DNA of 64,000 nucleotides from an uncultured Acidobacteriaceae bacterium (GCA_963799175.1 CAWCWC010000004.1:192-64191); one strand, 5' to 3'; positions 9,648 through 19,795 are shown, counted from the first letter of the stretch. A program made the numbers and translations. Notes: generated from the sequence alone by a model not told the origin.

Positions 9648-11672
9648 TTACTCGCCTTCGCGTTCCGAGCGCTTCCAGTTGATCAGGTCTCCCAGCGTGG
9701 TGCTGCTGCTTGAGGAAGAAGAACTCTTGTGGTCCTTTTGGTCTTTGTGGTCCTTTTGGTCCTTGTGGCTCTTCTCGCCGCCACGCTCCTTGTAGAGTTC
9801 TACCTCGGCCCGGCTTGCCTCTTCGCCAACCGCGCGAATGCTCAGCCCGACCTTCTTCTCTTCCTGGTTCATCTTTACGATCTTGAACTCGTGCTCGGTG
9901 TCCACATCCAGCTTCACCGCCACATTGTTCTGGTCCACTGCCTCGGATACGTGGCACAGTCCCTCCACGCCCTCGGCAATCTCCACAAACGCGCCGAACT
10001 GCGCCGTGCGCAGGACCTTGCCCTTGATCACATCGCCAATGCGGTGCTGTGCGAAGAACGTCTCCCACACATCCGGCTGCAACTGCTTCACGCCCAGCGA
10101 CAGACGCCGGTTCTCCGGCTCCACGCCCAGCACGATCGCCCGTACCTTCTCGCCCTTCTTCAATACCTCCGACGGGTGCTTGATGCGCTTGGTCCAGCTC
10201 AAATTCGACACATGCACCAGCCCGTCGATGCCGTCCTCAATCTCGATGAACGCCCCGAAGTCCGTCAGGTTGCGCACTCGCCCCTCAATGATCGCCCCGA
10301 TCGGGTACTTGTCCTCCAACTGCTCCCACGGGTTCTCCTGAAGCTGCTTCATGCCCAGCGAGATGCGCCGGTCGTTGGGGTTCACGCTCAGGATGATCGT
10401 GTCCACCTCGTCCCCCGGCTTCACCATCTTCGACGGATGCTTCATCCGCTTCGACCAGGTCATCTCCGAGACATGCACCAGCCCTTCGATCCCCTGCTCC
10501 AGTTCCACAAACGCGCCGTAGTCCGTCACCGAAAGTACACGTCCGCGCACCTGCGCCCCAATCGGGTAACGCTCCGTCGCATCCAGCCACGGGTCGGGCG
10601 TCAACTGCTTGAAGCCCAGCGATACGCGTTGCTTCTCCTTGTCGAACTTCAGTACCTTCACCTGGATCTCGTCGCCCACATTCACCAGGTCGCGGGGATG
10701 GGTCAGACGTCCCCAGCTCATATCCGTGATGTGCAGCAGCCCGTCCAGCCCGCCCAGGTCCACGAACGCGCCATAGTCGGTCAGGTTCTTCACCGTCCCG
10801 GTCAGTACGCTTCCCTCTTCCAACTGGGCCAGCGTCACTGCCTTCTTCGCGTTCTGCTCCTCTTCCAGAATCTCCTTGCGGCTGATCACCACGTTGCCGC
10901 GCTTCTTGTTCAGCTTGATCACGCGGACTTCGATCTCGCTGCCGATGTACCCGTCCAGGTTGCGCACCGGGCGCACCTCGATCTGCGATCCCGGCAGAAA
11001 CGCCTTGATCCCGATGTCCACGGTCAGACCGCCCTTGACCCGGCTCACCACCATGCCCTTCACCGGCGTCTTGTCGTTCGCGGCCTTCTCCAGCTTGTCC
11101 CATATTTTGTGCCGCAAGGCCTTCTCGTAGCTCACCAGGTAGCCGCCTTCCGGCTCCTCGCGCTCCACTACAACATCCACCGCATCGCCCGCGGCGAACT
11201 TTGGCTTTCCCTCGTGGTCCAGCACCTGTTCTAGCGGGATCAGTCCCTCGGACTTCAGTCCGATGTCGATCACCGCATGTTTGTCGGTGATCTTTACTAC
11301 CGTCCCCGTGACCACAACCTCTTCGGCGGTCAGGTTCTGCGCGGCTGCCGTCTCCGCCGCCTGTTCGCGGTCGAAGTTGGCCAGCGCAGCGGCAAAGTCA
11401 GCCGCATCGTAGTCCGGTTCGCCGGATGAGGCAGAATCGTCAGGGCTTGCATCCGGCGGGGTCTCTAATCTGCTGGACGCAGTCCCTTCTCCACTGGACG
11501 CAGCAATGCTTGCCAGCTCGGATGAAACCTCTGCGACAGGCTCCGCTGGGATTAGGGTGAGTTCAGATGACAGCTCGGCTTGCTCTGCTGTCGCTTCGGG
11601 CGCTAGGGTTTCCAGTTCAGTAGTCAGGGGATTACTCTCGGTTTGGTCGGGATTGTGGACGTCTACGGTCAT
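9648..11672 (-). CDS. rpsA: 30S ribosomal protein S1
   Basis: Six S1 repeats (e.g. YGAFVDLGGLDGLLHITDMSW) and an acidic N-terminal extension. Start is ATG 11672 or 11702. Confidence 0.97.
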   Translation of the reverse strand: MTVDVHNPDQTESNPLTTELETLAPEATAEQAELSSELTLIPAEPVAEVSSELASIAASSGEGTASSRLETPPDASPDDSASSGEPDYDAADFAAALANFDREQAAETAAAQNLTAEEVVVTGTVVKITDKHAVIDIGLKSEGLIPLEQVLDHEGKPKFAAGDAVDVVVEREEPEGGYLVSYEKALRHKIWDKLEKAANDKTPVKGMVVSRVKGGLTVDIGIKAFLPGSQIEVRPVRNLDGYIGSEIEVRVIKLNKKRGNVVISRKEILEEEQNAKKAVTLAQLEEGSVLTGTVKNLTDYGAFVDLGGLDGLLHITDMSWGRLTHPRDLVNVGDEIQVKVLKFDKEKQRVSLGFKQLTPDPWLDATERYPIGAQVRGRVLSVTDYGAFVELEQGIEGLVHVSEMTWSKRMKHPSKMVKPGDEVDTIILSVNPNDRRISLGMKQLQENPWEQLEDKYPIGAIIEGRVRNLTDFGAFIEIEDGIDGLVHVSNLSWTKRIKHPSEVLKKGEKVRAIVLGVEPENRRLSLGVKQLQPDVWETFFAQHRIGDVIKGKVLRTAQFGAFVEIAEGVEGLCHVSEAVDQNNVAVKLDVDTEHEFKIVKMNQEEKKVGLSIRAVGEEASRAEVELYKERGGEKSHKDQKDHKDQKDHKSSSSSSSSTTLGDLINWKRSEREGE

Positions 11673-11950
11673 TGAGGCGTTGCTCCGGGATCCATTCTTC
11701 ATACTGCAAATTCCATTCGCGCGGATAAGTCGGCAGTTCAGGCAACGGTCCTCGGAAAGACGCGCTGCTCGCTATCCCGATGCAGATTCGGCAGGGAGGA
11801 ATTGAAACATCTTGCAGAGGAGCTGCTGCACTGGATCCCACACACAGCGGCTCATATAAAGAATATAGGTTTGTGCAGCGCAGAGTCAATCCATTTACGC
11901 TCGCGCCGGTGGTGCAATTTCGACCGCCTTAAATGGGAACGTAAACTTTA

Positions 11951-12090
11951 GAGTAGGTTGAAAAAATCCCACATTTGCTTTTCGGAGGGAGAGCGGACTT
12001 CAGCCTCCTGAATACGTCCAATGAATCCCAATGGCTTTAGCCACGGGCCCTCTGCCGGAAATGGCAATCGAGCCCTTTCGGCAACCTCTT
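11951..12090 (+). repeat. REP-like family A element with degenerate flanking inverted repeats
   Basis: CGGAGGGAGAGCGGACTTCAGCCTCCTGAAT...TGGCTTTAGCCA, flanked by AGGTTGAAAAA and TTTCGGCAACCT. Confidence 0.7.
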
Positions 12091-12158
12091 TAGTCCCCGA
12101 GTGAAAGCTCGCCGCGCAAGCACCCGTTAAGGCCCGGCTCCCATCCCACCGACCGCAA

Positions 12159-12191
12159 CCTGTATACTTCGCCCCCCCTGTATACTTCGCC
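12159..12191 (+). promoter_or_regulatory. tandemly duplicated -10 box (CCTGTATACTTCGCC x2) ahead of an apparently leaderless HIT gene
   Basis: Direct repeat at 12159-12173 and 12177-12191. The second TATACT ends 6 nt before ATG 12193. Confidence 0.6.
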
Positions 12192-12192
12192 T

Positions 12193-12786
12193 ATGGATCG
12201 TCTCTGGACCCCGTGGCGCTACGACTACGTCACCCGTGCGCAACACTCCTCCCGCCCCGGCGTTCCCCCTGCGCTAGACGCCTGGCCTGGCTTCCCAGCC
12301 AACGACGAATCCAGCCGCCATAATTGCGACTGCGTCTTCTGCAACCTGATCGCATCCGTCGACTACGCCATCGCCCACGCCATGCCCGTCGAGCATGCGG
12401 AGAAGGCCGCACACATCCTCGCCCGACAACCCTCCTGCTTCCTCTGTCTCAACGCCTTCCCATACACTACCGGCCACATCCTCATCGTCCCCTACCGTCA
12501 TATCGATTCGCTCGCCGCTCTCACGCCCGGCGAGGCGCAGGAAATCATCGACCTCGCCCAGCGAGTCGAGCGCGTCCTGAGCCAGGTCTACAATCCCTCT
12601 GGATTCAACTTCGGCATCAACCTCGGCGAGGCTGGAGGCGCAGGCATCGCCGCGCACATCCACATGCACGCCCTGCCCCGCTGGGTCGGCGACACCAACT
12701 TCATGACCGTCACCGGCGACACCCGCGTCCTGCCCGAAACCCTCGACACCACCTGGGAACGCATCCGCCAGGCATGGCAGCCCTGA
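12193..12786 (+). CDS. HIT-family hydrolase (Ap4A hydrolase/phosphorylase-like)
   Basis: LWTPWR, CVFC, LNAFPYTTGH, NLGEAGGAGIAAHIHMH and PRWVGDTNFM. Confidence 0.92.
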   Translation: MDRLWTPWRYDYVTRAQHSSRPGVPPALDAWPGFPANDESSRHNCDCVFCNLIASVDYAIAHAMPVEHAEKAAHILARQPSCFLCLNAFPYTTGHILIVPYRHIDSLAALTPGEAQEIIDLAQRVERVLSQVYNPSGFNFGINLGEAGGAGIAAHIHMHALPRWVGDTNFMTVTGDTRVLPETLDTTWERIRQAWQP

Positions 12787-13037
12787 GCTTCTCCCACCCG
12801 TCATTCCAGCGCGGCAGTCCTGCCCCGTCATCCCCCCTGTGCGCAGTCGGCCCGGCTTTCGTGCAATACCTGGGGTGCCATCGCCTTAACCGATAGCTTG
12901 ACGGCTGATGGCTTACGGCTCAGGAATCTTGCCTTTTGTTTTTGTCTTGCCGTCGGCCTGCCGTGTGCAAAGCGCCGCACCAACATTGCTTTTGCCCTGG
13001 TTGAGGTCGTGGTTTGGGCTTGTTCAGCCCCGCTGCC

Positions 13038-13607
13038 TCACTCCGGATTCGCAGGCGGAGCAGCCGGAGCAGCCGTGCCGGGACTCGTCCCCGGCGGCGT
13101 CGCAGGCAGTCCCACCCTTGTCGCCTCGAAGTTCGTGATCTGCCACGTCCCCGAGGGCTGCCGAGAGTACACCCTGGTGTAGCGGAAGGTCCCATGCATC
13201 GGCACCCCCTCATTGATGCCCTCCACCTCGGCCAGAGATGTGACGATCGCTGTCATCCCAATCAACTTCACATGCACGTCTTTCAGGTCGAGCTTGCTCA
13301 GTACCGTGGTTCGCCTGCGCAGCCGCTCCAACTGCTGCATCTTGGTCACCACCTGGCCGGTCATGGTAATGCCCACGAAGTCGTCCGACAGCAGCTTATT
13401 CATAGCTGCCACATCCGCATTCATCTCCGCGGTGCGCCACACCTGTTCCAACTGCTCTACCTGGTGCTTGAACTGATCGTTCCGCCGTGGATGCACCCCC
13501 TGGGCCGGCGCGGGTAGCGTAAACAACATCGCCGCCAGCACCGCCAGAACTGCGCCGGGCCGAGCCATGCGATGCTGTGAGGGTTGTTGCAACATAGGGC
13601 AAACCAA
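13038..13607 (-). CDS. NTF2-like (DUF4440) secreted protein
   Basis: Signal peptide, then LEQVWRTAEMNADVAAMNKLLSDDFV...FRYTRVY...WQI. Start uncertain. Confidence 0.75.
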   Translation of the reverse strand: MVCPMLQQPSQHRMARPGAVLAVLAAMLFTLPAPAQGVHPRRNDQFKHQVEQLEQVWRTAEMNADVAAMNKLLSDDFVGITMTGQVVTKMQQLERLRRRTTVLSKLDLKDVHVKLIGMTAIVTSLAEVEGINEGVPMHGTFRYTRVYSRQPSGTWQITNFEATRVGLPATPPGTSPGTAAPAAPPANPE

Positions 13608-13702
13608 ACCAGTATCCGTCGTGACGGATACTAGTCCGCTTTAACCCTTGCAGTCAAAAGAAAGTCGCGTAAATGCGCTTTTCCCCGTACCCGCCGTAGT
13701 CC

Positions 13703-13990
13703 CTACACAATGGCGTCCAGATACTTGATCTGCTGCGCACGCATCAGCCGGTAGAACCCCTCCGCCCCGTATTCACGGAAGTGGGGCGAATTCTGGTGCG
13801 CTTCCAGGGCCGCCTCGTCCACATACTGCTCGTAGATAAACACCACCCCTGGGTCGCCCGCGGCAAAGTGGGCAACGTATGTCACGCATCCAGGCTCCTG
13901 CCGTGACGCCAGCGTCAGCTTGTGCAGCAACTCCGCCACCGCATCATGGTCCGTCTCTGCAAACTTCATCCGTACCGTAAAACTAATCAT
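13703..13990 (-). CDS. antibiotic biosynthesis monooxygenase (ABM) family protein
   Basis: SRQEPGCVTY...YEQYVDEAALEAHQNSPHF. Confidence 0.88.
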   Translation of the reverse strand: MISFTVRMKFAETDHDAVAELLHKLTLASRQEPGCVTYVAHFAAGDPGVVFIYEQYVDEAALEAHQNSPHFREYGAEGFYRLMRAQQIKYLDAIV

Positions 13991-14057
13991 CTGTGCCTTT
14001 CCATCCGCGGTGCTTGGTCAACCGGCGCGCCCACCGCTCGGACGCGACGCCGTCATT

Positions 14058-15368
14058 TTACGCTCTCAACTCTTCTTCAAACGCCGTAAGCGTGATCGTC
14101 TGGTCGCGCTCCGGCCCGGTCGAAATCATCCCGATCCGCGCCCCTGACTCACTCTCGATAAACTCAAGATACTCCTGGGCCGGCTTGGGCAGCCTGTCAA
14201 ACTCCGTAATGCCCTCCGTCGAGCAGCTCCAACCCTTCATCTTCGTATACACCGGCTGGATCGACTCAAACCCACGCATGTCCGCCGGAATCGTGTCCGT
14301 CGCCTTGCCATCGATCTTGTATCCCGTGCATACCGGAATCTCCGCGCACTCGTCCATCACGTCCATCTTGGTCACCACCAGCCACTGCGTCCCATTGATC
14401 ATGTTGGAGTAGCGCAGCAGCGGCAGGTCCAGCCATCCACACCGCCTTGGTCGTCCTGTTACCGCGCCGTACTCCTGCCCGCGCGCACGCAGCAGTGTGG
14501 CTGAGTCGCCCTCGATTTCGGTCGGAAACGGTCCCTCACCCACCCGTGTCACATACGCCTTGGTCACACCAATCACCGTGCCGATCGAGGTCGGCCCCAC
14601 CCCCGTCCCGGTCACCGCTCCGCCCGCCGTCGAGCTCGAACTGGTCACAAACGGGTACGTCCCGTGGTCAATGTCCAGCAGAGCGCCCTGCGCCCCCTCG
14701 AACATCACCTTTTCGCCATTCCGGATCGCCTCATTCAGCAGCACCGCCGTATCGGTCACATACGGGGCAATCTGTTCCGCCGCCCGCGCATACTCCTCAT
14801 ACATCGTCTTGGGGTCCAGCGGGGCCGTCCCAAACAGCGCCGCCGCAATCGTGTTCTTCTCGTCGCACGCGTTCTTGATATGCGTCCGCAGCAGCGCCTG
14901 GTTCATCAGGTCCACCACCCGCAGCCCATTGCGATGGATCTTGTCCTCATACGCCGGCCCAATCCCCCGCCGCGTCGTCCCGATCTTGGTCCGCCCCGGA
15001 GCCGTCTCCGCCGCCAGCTCGATCATCCGGTGGTACGGCAGGATCACCTGCGCCCGGTTCGACACAAACAGTTGCCCATCGATCTTCAATCCTGTGTCTT
15101 TGAGCCGCTTCACCTCGCTCAGGAACGCCATCGGGTCCAGCACCACCCCGTTGCCGATCACCCCCCGGCACTCCGGCCGCAACACGCCGCACGGAATCAG
15201 TTGCAGCACAAACTTCTTCCCCGCAATGATCACGGTATGCCCCGCGTTGTGCCCGCCCGCGTAGCGGGCCACAACCGAGAACCGCTCGCTCAGCACATCC
15301 ACGATCTTGCCCTTGCCCTCATCGCCCCACTGCGCCCCGAGGACCACTGCCGATTTGCGCTGACTCAC
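14058..15368 (-). CDS. purA: adenylosuccinate synthetase
   Basis: GAQWGDEGKGK, GGHNAGHT, IGTTRRGIGPAY, EGAQG and EYGAVTGRPRRCGW. GTG 15368 is the probable start. Confidence 0.97.
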   Translation of the reverse strand: MSQRKSAVVLGAQWGDEGKGKIVDVLSERFSVVARYAGGHNAGHTVIIAGKKFVLQLIPCGVLRPECRGVIGNGVVLDPMAFLSEVKRLKDTGLKIDGQLFVSNRAQVILPYHRMIELAAETAPGRTKIGTTRRGIGPAYEDKIHRNGLRVVDLMNQALLRTHIKNACDEKNTIAAALFGTAPLDPKTMYEEYARAAEQIAPYVTDTAVLLNEAIRNGEKVMFEGAQGALLDIDHGTYPFVTSSSSTAGGAVTGTGVGPTSIGTVIGVTKAYVTRVGEGPFPTEIEGDSATLLRARGQEYGAVTGRPRRCGWLDLPLLRYSNMINGTQWLVVTKMDVMDECAEIPVCTGYKIDGKATDTIPADMRGFESIQPVYTKMKGWSCSTEGITEFDRLPKPAQEYLEFIESESGARIGMISTGPERDQTITLTAFEEELRA

Positions 15369-15454
15369 GAAAGATTTGCTCCGGAAGGATGGGTCCGCGA
15401 AGAACACTCCGCGCCCATAATTCATCTTATACTGGATAGAAGAATCGCCGATAC

Positions 15455-15730
15455 GTGGAGGGCGCCGTGGTTCAAGTCCGAGAAGCAGTTAAGAAAGCGC
15501 AACGCTATCTTCCCGATGTCTTTCCAACGGCAGAGGGAAAGGAAATGCGACTCGAAGGCGTCGAACTGAGCGACGACGCAAAGTTCTGGATCGTCACGTT
15601 TTCGTACGACCCTAGCCGAGAAGGGCATCTTGTTCGTTCGCTACGCGAGTACAAGACCGTGAAGCTGCGCGCAATGGACGGCAAGTTCTATGGAGCGCGC
15701 AATGGACTGTCCGAGTCAGGTCTGATGTGA
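15455..15730 (+). CDS. small hypothetical protein, partner of the downstream PIN gene
   Basis: 91-aa ORF (VREAVKKA...RLEGVELSDDAKFWIVTFSY...REYKTVKL) overlapping the PIN gene by 4 nt. Confidence 0.7.
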   Translation: MEGAVVQVREAVKKAQRYLPDVFPTAEGKEMRLEGVELSDDAKFWIVTFSYDPSREGHLVRSLREYKTVKLRAMDGKFYGARNGLSESGLM

Positions 15731-16203
15731 AACAACATCGCAGAAAGGTCGTCCTCGACACCAATCTCCTTCTGCTCTGGCTCGTCGCGCGAACAGATGC
15801 AAATCTCTTAAAGCGATTCAAACGGGTTCAACAGTTCACCTATCAGGATTTTGAGCGGCTTCAGGAACTTCTCCAGCCCTTCCGGAAGTTTGTGACCACG
15901 CCACATATCCTCTCTGAAACCAGTAACTTCCTCGATCAAGCCCCATCCTGGCAACGAACTGCCCTGATCGACGCACTGAAAGACTTCATCCGCAGCGGAG
16001 TCGAGGTCTACCACCCCGCAGGTGAACTCATCGACCGAGACGAGTTCAACGCTCTCGGCCTCACCGATACCGCCATCGCGCAACTGAGCACCGAAACCGT
16101 CATCCTCACGGTCGACTTCCGTCTCGCCGGAAAGATCGAATCAATGGGCGGAAACGCCCTGAACTTCAACCACTACCGAACCGGACTCACGATACCACAT
16201 TGA
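15727..16203 (+). CDS. PIN-domain protein
   Basis: VVLDTNLLLL, TTPHILSETSN, LGLTDTAI and ILTVDFRL, the acidic PIN tetrad pattern. Confidence 0.85.
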   Translation: MKQHRRKVVLDTNLLLLWLVARTDANLLKRFKRVQQFTYQDFERLQELLQPFRKFVTTPHILSETSNFLDQAPSWQRTALIDALKDFIRSGVEVYHPAGELIDRDEFNALGLTDTAIAQLSTETVILTVDFRLAGKIESMGGNALNFNHYRTGLTIPH

Positions 16204-16204
16204 T

Positions 16205-17149
16205 ATGCCCGAGCTTCCCGAGGTCGAAACCATCGCCGCAGGCGTTCACGCCCGAGTCCAGGGCCGGCGCATCGTCCGTGTCTGGACCAGCGGAAAGCCA
16301 CAGACCTTCAAGTCGCCGGAGTCCGAGATCGCCGCCGCCCTCACCGGCGCACGCATCCAATCCGTCCGCCGCGTCGGCAAGACCATCGTCATGACCGTTG
16401 ACCGACGAGAAAGTTTGGGTGCCCCATCCGTTGCAGTCTCATCGCAAAGGATGGGTTCAGATAAAACCTCCACCGAACTCCTCATCCACCTCGGCATGAC
16501 CGGACGCCTGCTCGTCTCCGCGCGAGAAGTTCCCCTAGCGCCCCACACCCACGCCGTCCTCACCCTTAGCGGTGCGCCAGGGGAAACAGCCACCCGCGAG
16601 GTCCGCTTCGTCGATCCACGCCGCTTCGGCCGCATCTCTCTTCACCAACCCGAATCTGGGTGCCCCATTCATGCGGCTTCATCGCATGAGTGGGATGTGA
16701 CCTCCGCAAAGTCAACAACTTACTCCGGCCCCGGCCGCGAGCCCCTCACCATCTCGCTCGACGACTTCATCGCCCTCTTCCACCCTCGCCGCACCCCCAT
16801 CAAGGCCGCTCTGCTCAATCAATCCCTCCTCCACGGCATCGGCAACATCTACGCCGACGAGTCGCTCTTCCGCGCCTCCATCCGTCCCACCCGCCAAGCC
16901 GCCCGCCTCACCCACGCCGAGCTCGCTCTTCTGCGCACATCCATAACCAAAGTCCTTCGCCACGCCATCCGCCTCGGTGGCTCGTCCGTCTCCGACTACG
17001 TCGACGCCGACGGCGCGCGCGGCTTCTTCCAGCTTCGCCACTGCGTCTACCGGCGCACTGGCTTGCCCTGCACCGTCTGCGCGACACCCATCCGCCGCAT
17101 CACCCTCGCCAGCCGCAGCACCCACTTCTGCCCCCGTTGTCAGAGGTGA
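16205..17149 (+). CDS. mutM: formamidopyrimidine-DNA glycosylase carrying two in-frame palindromic insertions
   Basis: N-terminal PELPEVE, HLGMTG, DPRRFG, GIGNIYADE and a C4 zinc finger (CTVC...CPRCQ). Confidence 0.95.
   Translation: MPELPEVETIAAGVHARVQGRRIVRVWTSGKPQTFKSPESEIAAALTGARIQSVRRVGKTIVMTVDRRESLGAPSVAVSSQRMGSDKTSTELLIHLGMTGRLLVSAREVPLAPHTHAVLTLSGAPGETATREVRFVDPRRFGRISLHQPESGCPIHAASSHEWDVTSAKSTTYSGPGREPLTISLDDFIALFHPRRTPIKAALLNQSLLHGIGNIYADESLFRASIRPTRQAARLTHAELALLRTSITKVLRHAIRLGGSSVSDYVDADGARGFFQLRHCVYRRTGLPCTVCATPIRRITLASRSTHFCPRCQR
16417..16455 (+). repeat. REP-like family B palindrome inside mutM
   Basis: GGGTGC-CCCATCCGTTGC-AGTCTCATC-GCAAAGGATGGG hairpin, read as GAPSVAVSSQRMG. 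Confidence 0.75.
16658..16694 (+). repeat. REP-like family B palindrome inside mutM
   Basis: GGGTGC-CCCATTCATGCG-GCTTCAT-CGCATGAGTGGG hairpin, read as GCPIHAASSHEW. Confidence 0.8.
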
Positions 17150-17178
17150 GAAGTCAGCCCATGCCTACACTAGAACCC

Positions 17179-17868
17179 ATGCTTCGTTACGCCATCACCG
17201 ACCGCGCCCGTTTCAAGGGAGACGAACCCGCCCGCCAAGCCGCGCTCCTCGTCCAAGCCGAGCGCCTCGCCGCTGCCGGCATCGACTTCCTCCAACTCCG
17301 AGAAAACGATCTCCCCGTCGGCACCCTCGCCTCGCTCGCCCGCCGCCTCCTCGCAACCCTCCGCACCAACCCCGCTCACCCAGCGCCCAAACTCATCATC
17401 AACTCCCGCGCCGACGTCGCCCTCGCCACCCGCGCCGACGGAGTCCATCTCACCTCCGCCCCCGGCCAACTCACACCCGCGCAGATTCGCACCCTCTACG
17501 CCGCCGCCAGCCTGCCCGAACCCGTCATCAGCCTCTCCTGCCACACCCTCGACGAGGTTGTCCGCGCTGCGTCCTCAGCCACAACCGACCGCCCCACTTT
17601 CATTCTCTTCGGCCCAGTCTTCGAAAAAGTCGTCGCCGAATCTCGTTCCAATCAGAAATCCATCGCCAATAAAAAAATCGCCGCCGGCACCGGCCTTGAT
17701 CTACTCCGCGCCGCCTGCCTCGCCGCCGCGCCCATCCCCGTCCTTGCCCTCGGAGGCATCACCCGCGCCAACGCCGCCGCCACCCTCGCCGCCGGAGCAG
17801 CAGGCATCGCCGCCATCCGCCTCTTCTTATCGGAATCCTCCCGGATACCTCCTCAATCCTCCCATTGA
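17179..17868 (+). CDS. thiamine-phosphate synthase (ThiE/TenI) family protein
   Basis: YAITDR, FLQLRE, IINSRADVA, DGVHL, SLSCH, FGPVF and LALGGI. Confidence 0.85.
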   Translation: MLRYAITDRARFKGDEPARQAALLVQAERLAAAGIDFLQLRENDLPVGTLASLARRLLATLRTNPAHPAPKLIINSRADVALATRADGVHLTSAPGQLTPAQIRTLYAAASLPEPVISLSCHTLDEVVRAASSATTDRPTFILFGPVFEKVVAESRSNQKSIANKKIAAGTGLDLLRAACLAAAPIPVLALGGITRANAAATLAAGAAGIAAIRLFLSESSRIPPQSSH

Positions 17869-17900
17869 CCTCAACCCCGCATCGCCCTACCCTTAACCTC

Positions 17901-18467
17901 GTGCTCATCACTCCCCTTCAACTCGAAATCGAGCCTCTCCTCTTCGACGAATCCATCCCCGTGGGCGCGCTGGACTACGCTCCCGACGTCACTCAGACCG
18001 GCCCGCTTCCCGTCACTGGCCGCGCCGACCTCATCGTCGAGAACCGCGGCCACCGCGAGCAGGTCGCGGACATCCGCCTGCGCGCCGCCTACCATGGCGA
18101 CTTCGAACTCCTCTGCGCGCGCTGTGTCGAGCCCGTCCCCACTCCGCTCGCCGGCGAGTTCGACCTCATCTTCCGCCCACAGGCCGCCGACGCCAACCCC
18201 GGTGAACGCTCCATCACACCCGACGAGACCGAAATCGGTTACTATGAGGAGAGCGGTCTCTCGCTTGAAGATGTCGTGCGCGAACAGGTGCTTCTCTCCC
18301 TGCCCTCCCGCACGCTCTGCAAAGAAGACTGCAAGGGACTTTGTCCGCGCTGTGGCCAGAACCTGAACCTCGCACCCTGCTCCTGCAACACCTCCTCCGA
18401 ATCGCTTCAGAAACCTACGGGGTGGAATGCGCTTGCGGGACTGGCCGGCACGATCAAACCCGGTTAG
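17901..18467 (+). CDS. yceD: YceD/DUF177 family protein
   Basis: CARC and LCKEDCKGLCPRCGQNLN motifs, directly upstream of rpmF (conserved synteny). Confidence 0.9.
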   Translation: MLITPLQLEIEPLLFDESIPVGALDYAPDVTQTGPLPVTGRADLIVENRGHREQVADIRLRAAYHGDFELLCARCVEPVPTPLAGEFDLIFRPQAADANPGERSITPDETEIGYYEESGLSLEDVVREQVLLSLPSRTLCKEDCKGLCPRCGQNLNLAPCSCNTSSESLQKPTGWNALAGLAGTIKPG

Positions 18468-18552
18468 CACAGATTTTTCAGCCTCACCGGGCCTCCAATC
18501 GCCGCCGCAAGTCATACCGTAGCGGGCACAGGCCAATAGAAAGGGAATTGCA

Positions 18553-18738
18553 ATGCCGAATCCGAAACGCCGCCACTCCAAGCAACGCACCTCCAAACGC
18601 CGCAGCCACGACTTCCTCACTCCGGTCAGCACCTCCGAGTGTCCCAACTGCCACGAGCGCAAGCTGCCCCACCGCATCTGCCAGAAATGTGGACAATATA
18701 AGGGCCGCGAGGTCCTCGCCGTGAAGGAAGCCAGCTAA
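18553..18738 (+). CDS. rpmF: 50S ribosomal protein L32
   Basis: [12 protein letters not shown]...CPNC...[13 protein letters not shown]. Confidence 0.97.
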   Translation: MPNPKRRHSKQRTSKRRSHDFLTPVSTSECPNCHERKLPHRICQKCGQYKGREVLAVKEAS

Positions 18739-18765
18739 CCCCGCTCCCAGCACCCTCCCCTCCAC

Positions 18766-19795
18766 ATGCCGATCAACATCGTTGTCGATGCAATGGGTTC
18801 CGACAAAGCCCCCGAATCTGAGATTCGCGGGGCCATCCTCGCGTCTCGCCATCTGGATGTGCGCGTCCATCTGGTCGGCCCCCAAGAGGTCCTCCGCCCA
18901 GCGCTCGATCACGCCCTGCGCAGCCGCTTCCCCGTGCATTATGGACGTAAGCGCCCGCAGATCGAGATCGTCCACTCCTCCGAGTGGATCAGCATGGACG
19001 ACAAAGCTGCTCAATCCGTACGTGCCAAGCGAGACTCCTCCATGCGCGTCGGCCTGCGCATGGTCCGCGAGAGGCACAGCCGCCGGATTCTTCACCGCAG
19101 GCAACACCGGCGCTGCCATGGCCACCGCCAAGATGGTCCTGGGAATGTTGGCTGGCGTCCATCGCCCCGGCCTCTCCACCATCCTGCCCACGGCGCTGGG
19201 CATTCCCTCCATTCTGCTCGATGTCGGCGCCAACGTCGATTGCGACCCCGACAACCTGGTTCAGTTCGCCGTCATGGGCCACATGTATGCCCGCAACGTC
19301 CTGCACATCGCCCATCCCCGCGTCGGCCTGCTCTCCATCGGCGAGGAGGACAGCAAGGGTAATTCCCTCACCCACGACACCTTCCCTCTGCTCCAGGCCC
19401 GCCCTGGCCTGAACTTTATCGGCAACGTCGAGGGCCGCGACCTCTTCGATGGCCGAGCCGACGTCATCGTCTGCGACGGATTTGTCGGCAACGTCGCCAT
19501 CAAGACCTGCGAGGGCACAGCCCGCCTGGTCAGCGTCCTGCTGCGCGAGTCGCTCAAGTCCACCGTCACCTCCCAGGTCGGTGCCTTGCTCTCCCGCCGC
19601 GCCTTCCACGACTTCAAGAAGCGCATCGATTACTCCGAGTTCGGCGGCGCTCCCCTGCTCGGCGTCCGCGGTGTCTGCATCATCGGTCACGGGGCCTCCA
19701 ACGAGCGCGCCGTCATGAACGGCATCCGCGTCGCCGCGGAGTTCGCCCAGGCAGAGGTCAACTCCGGCATCGAAGCTACCCTCCGCTCCGCCTGA
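18766..19795 (+). CDS. plsX: phosphate acyltransferase PlsX (one frameshift near 19075)
   Basis: [12 protein letters not shown]...DSSMRVG in one frame, then TAGNTGA...LDVGAN...FIGNVEG...CDGFVGN...GGAPLLG in the next. Follows rpmF. Confidence 0.93.

Noticed and set aside
9722-9770. KDQKDH repeat in the RpsA tail, and GDQ repeats in DegP (about 23533-23571)
   Set aside because: These are short in-frame slippage repeats in disordered linkers with no sign of special function.
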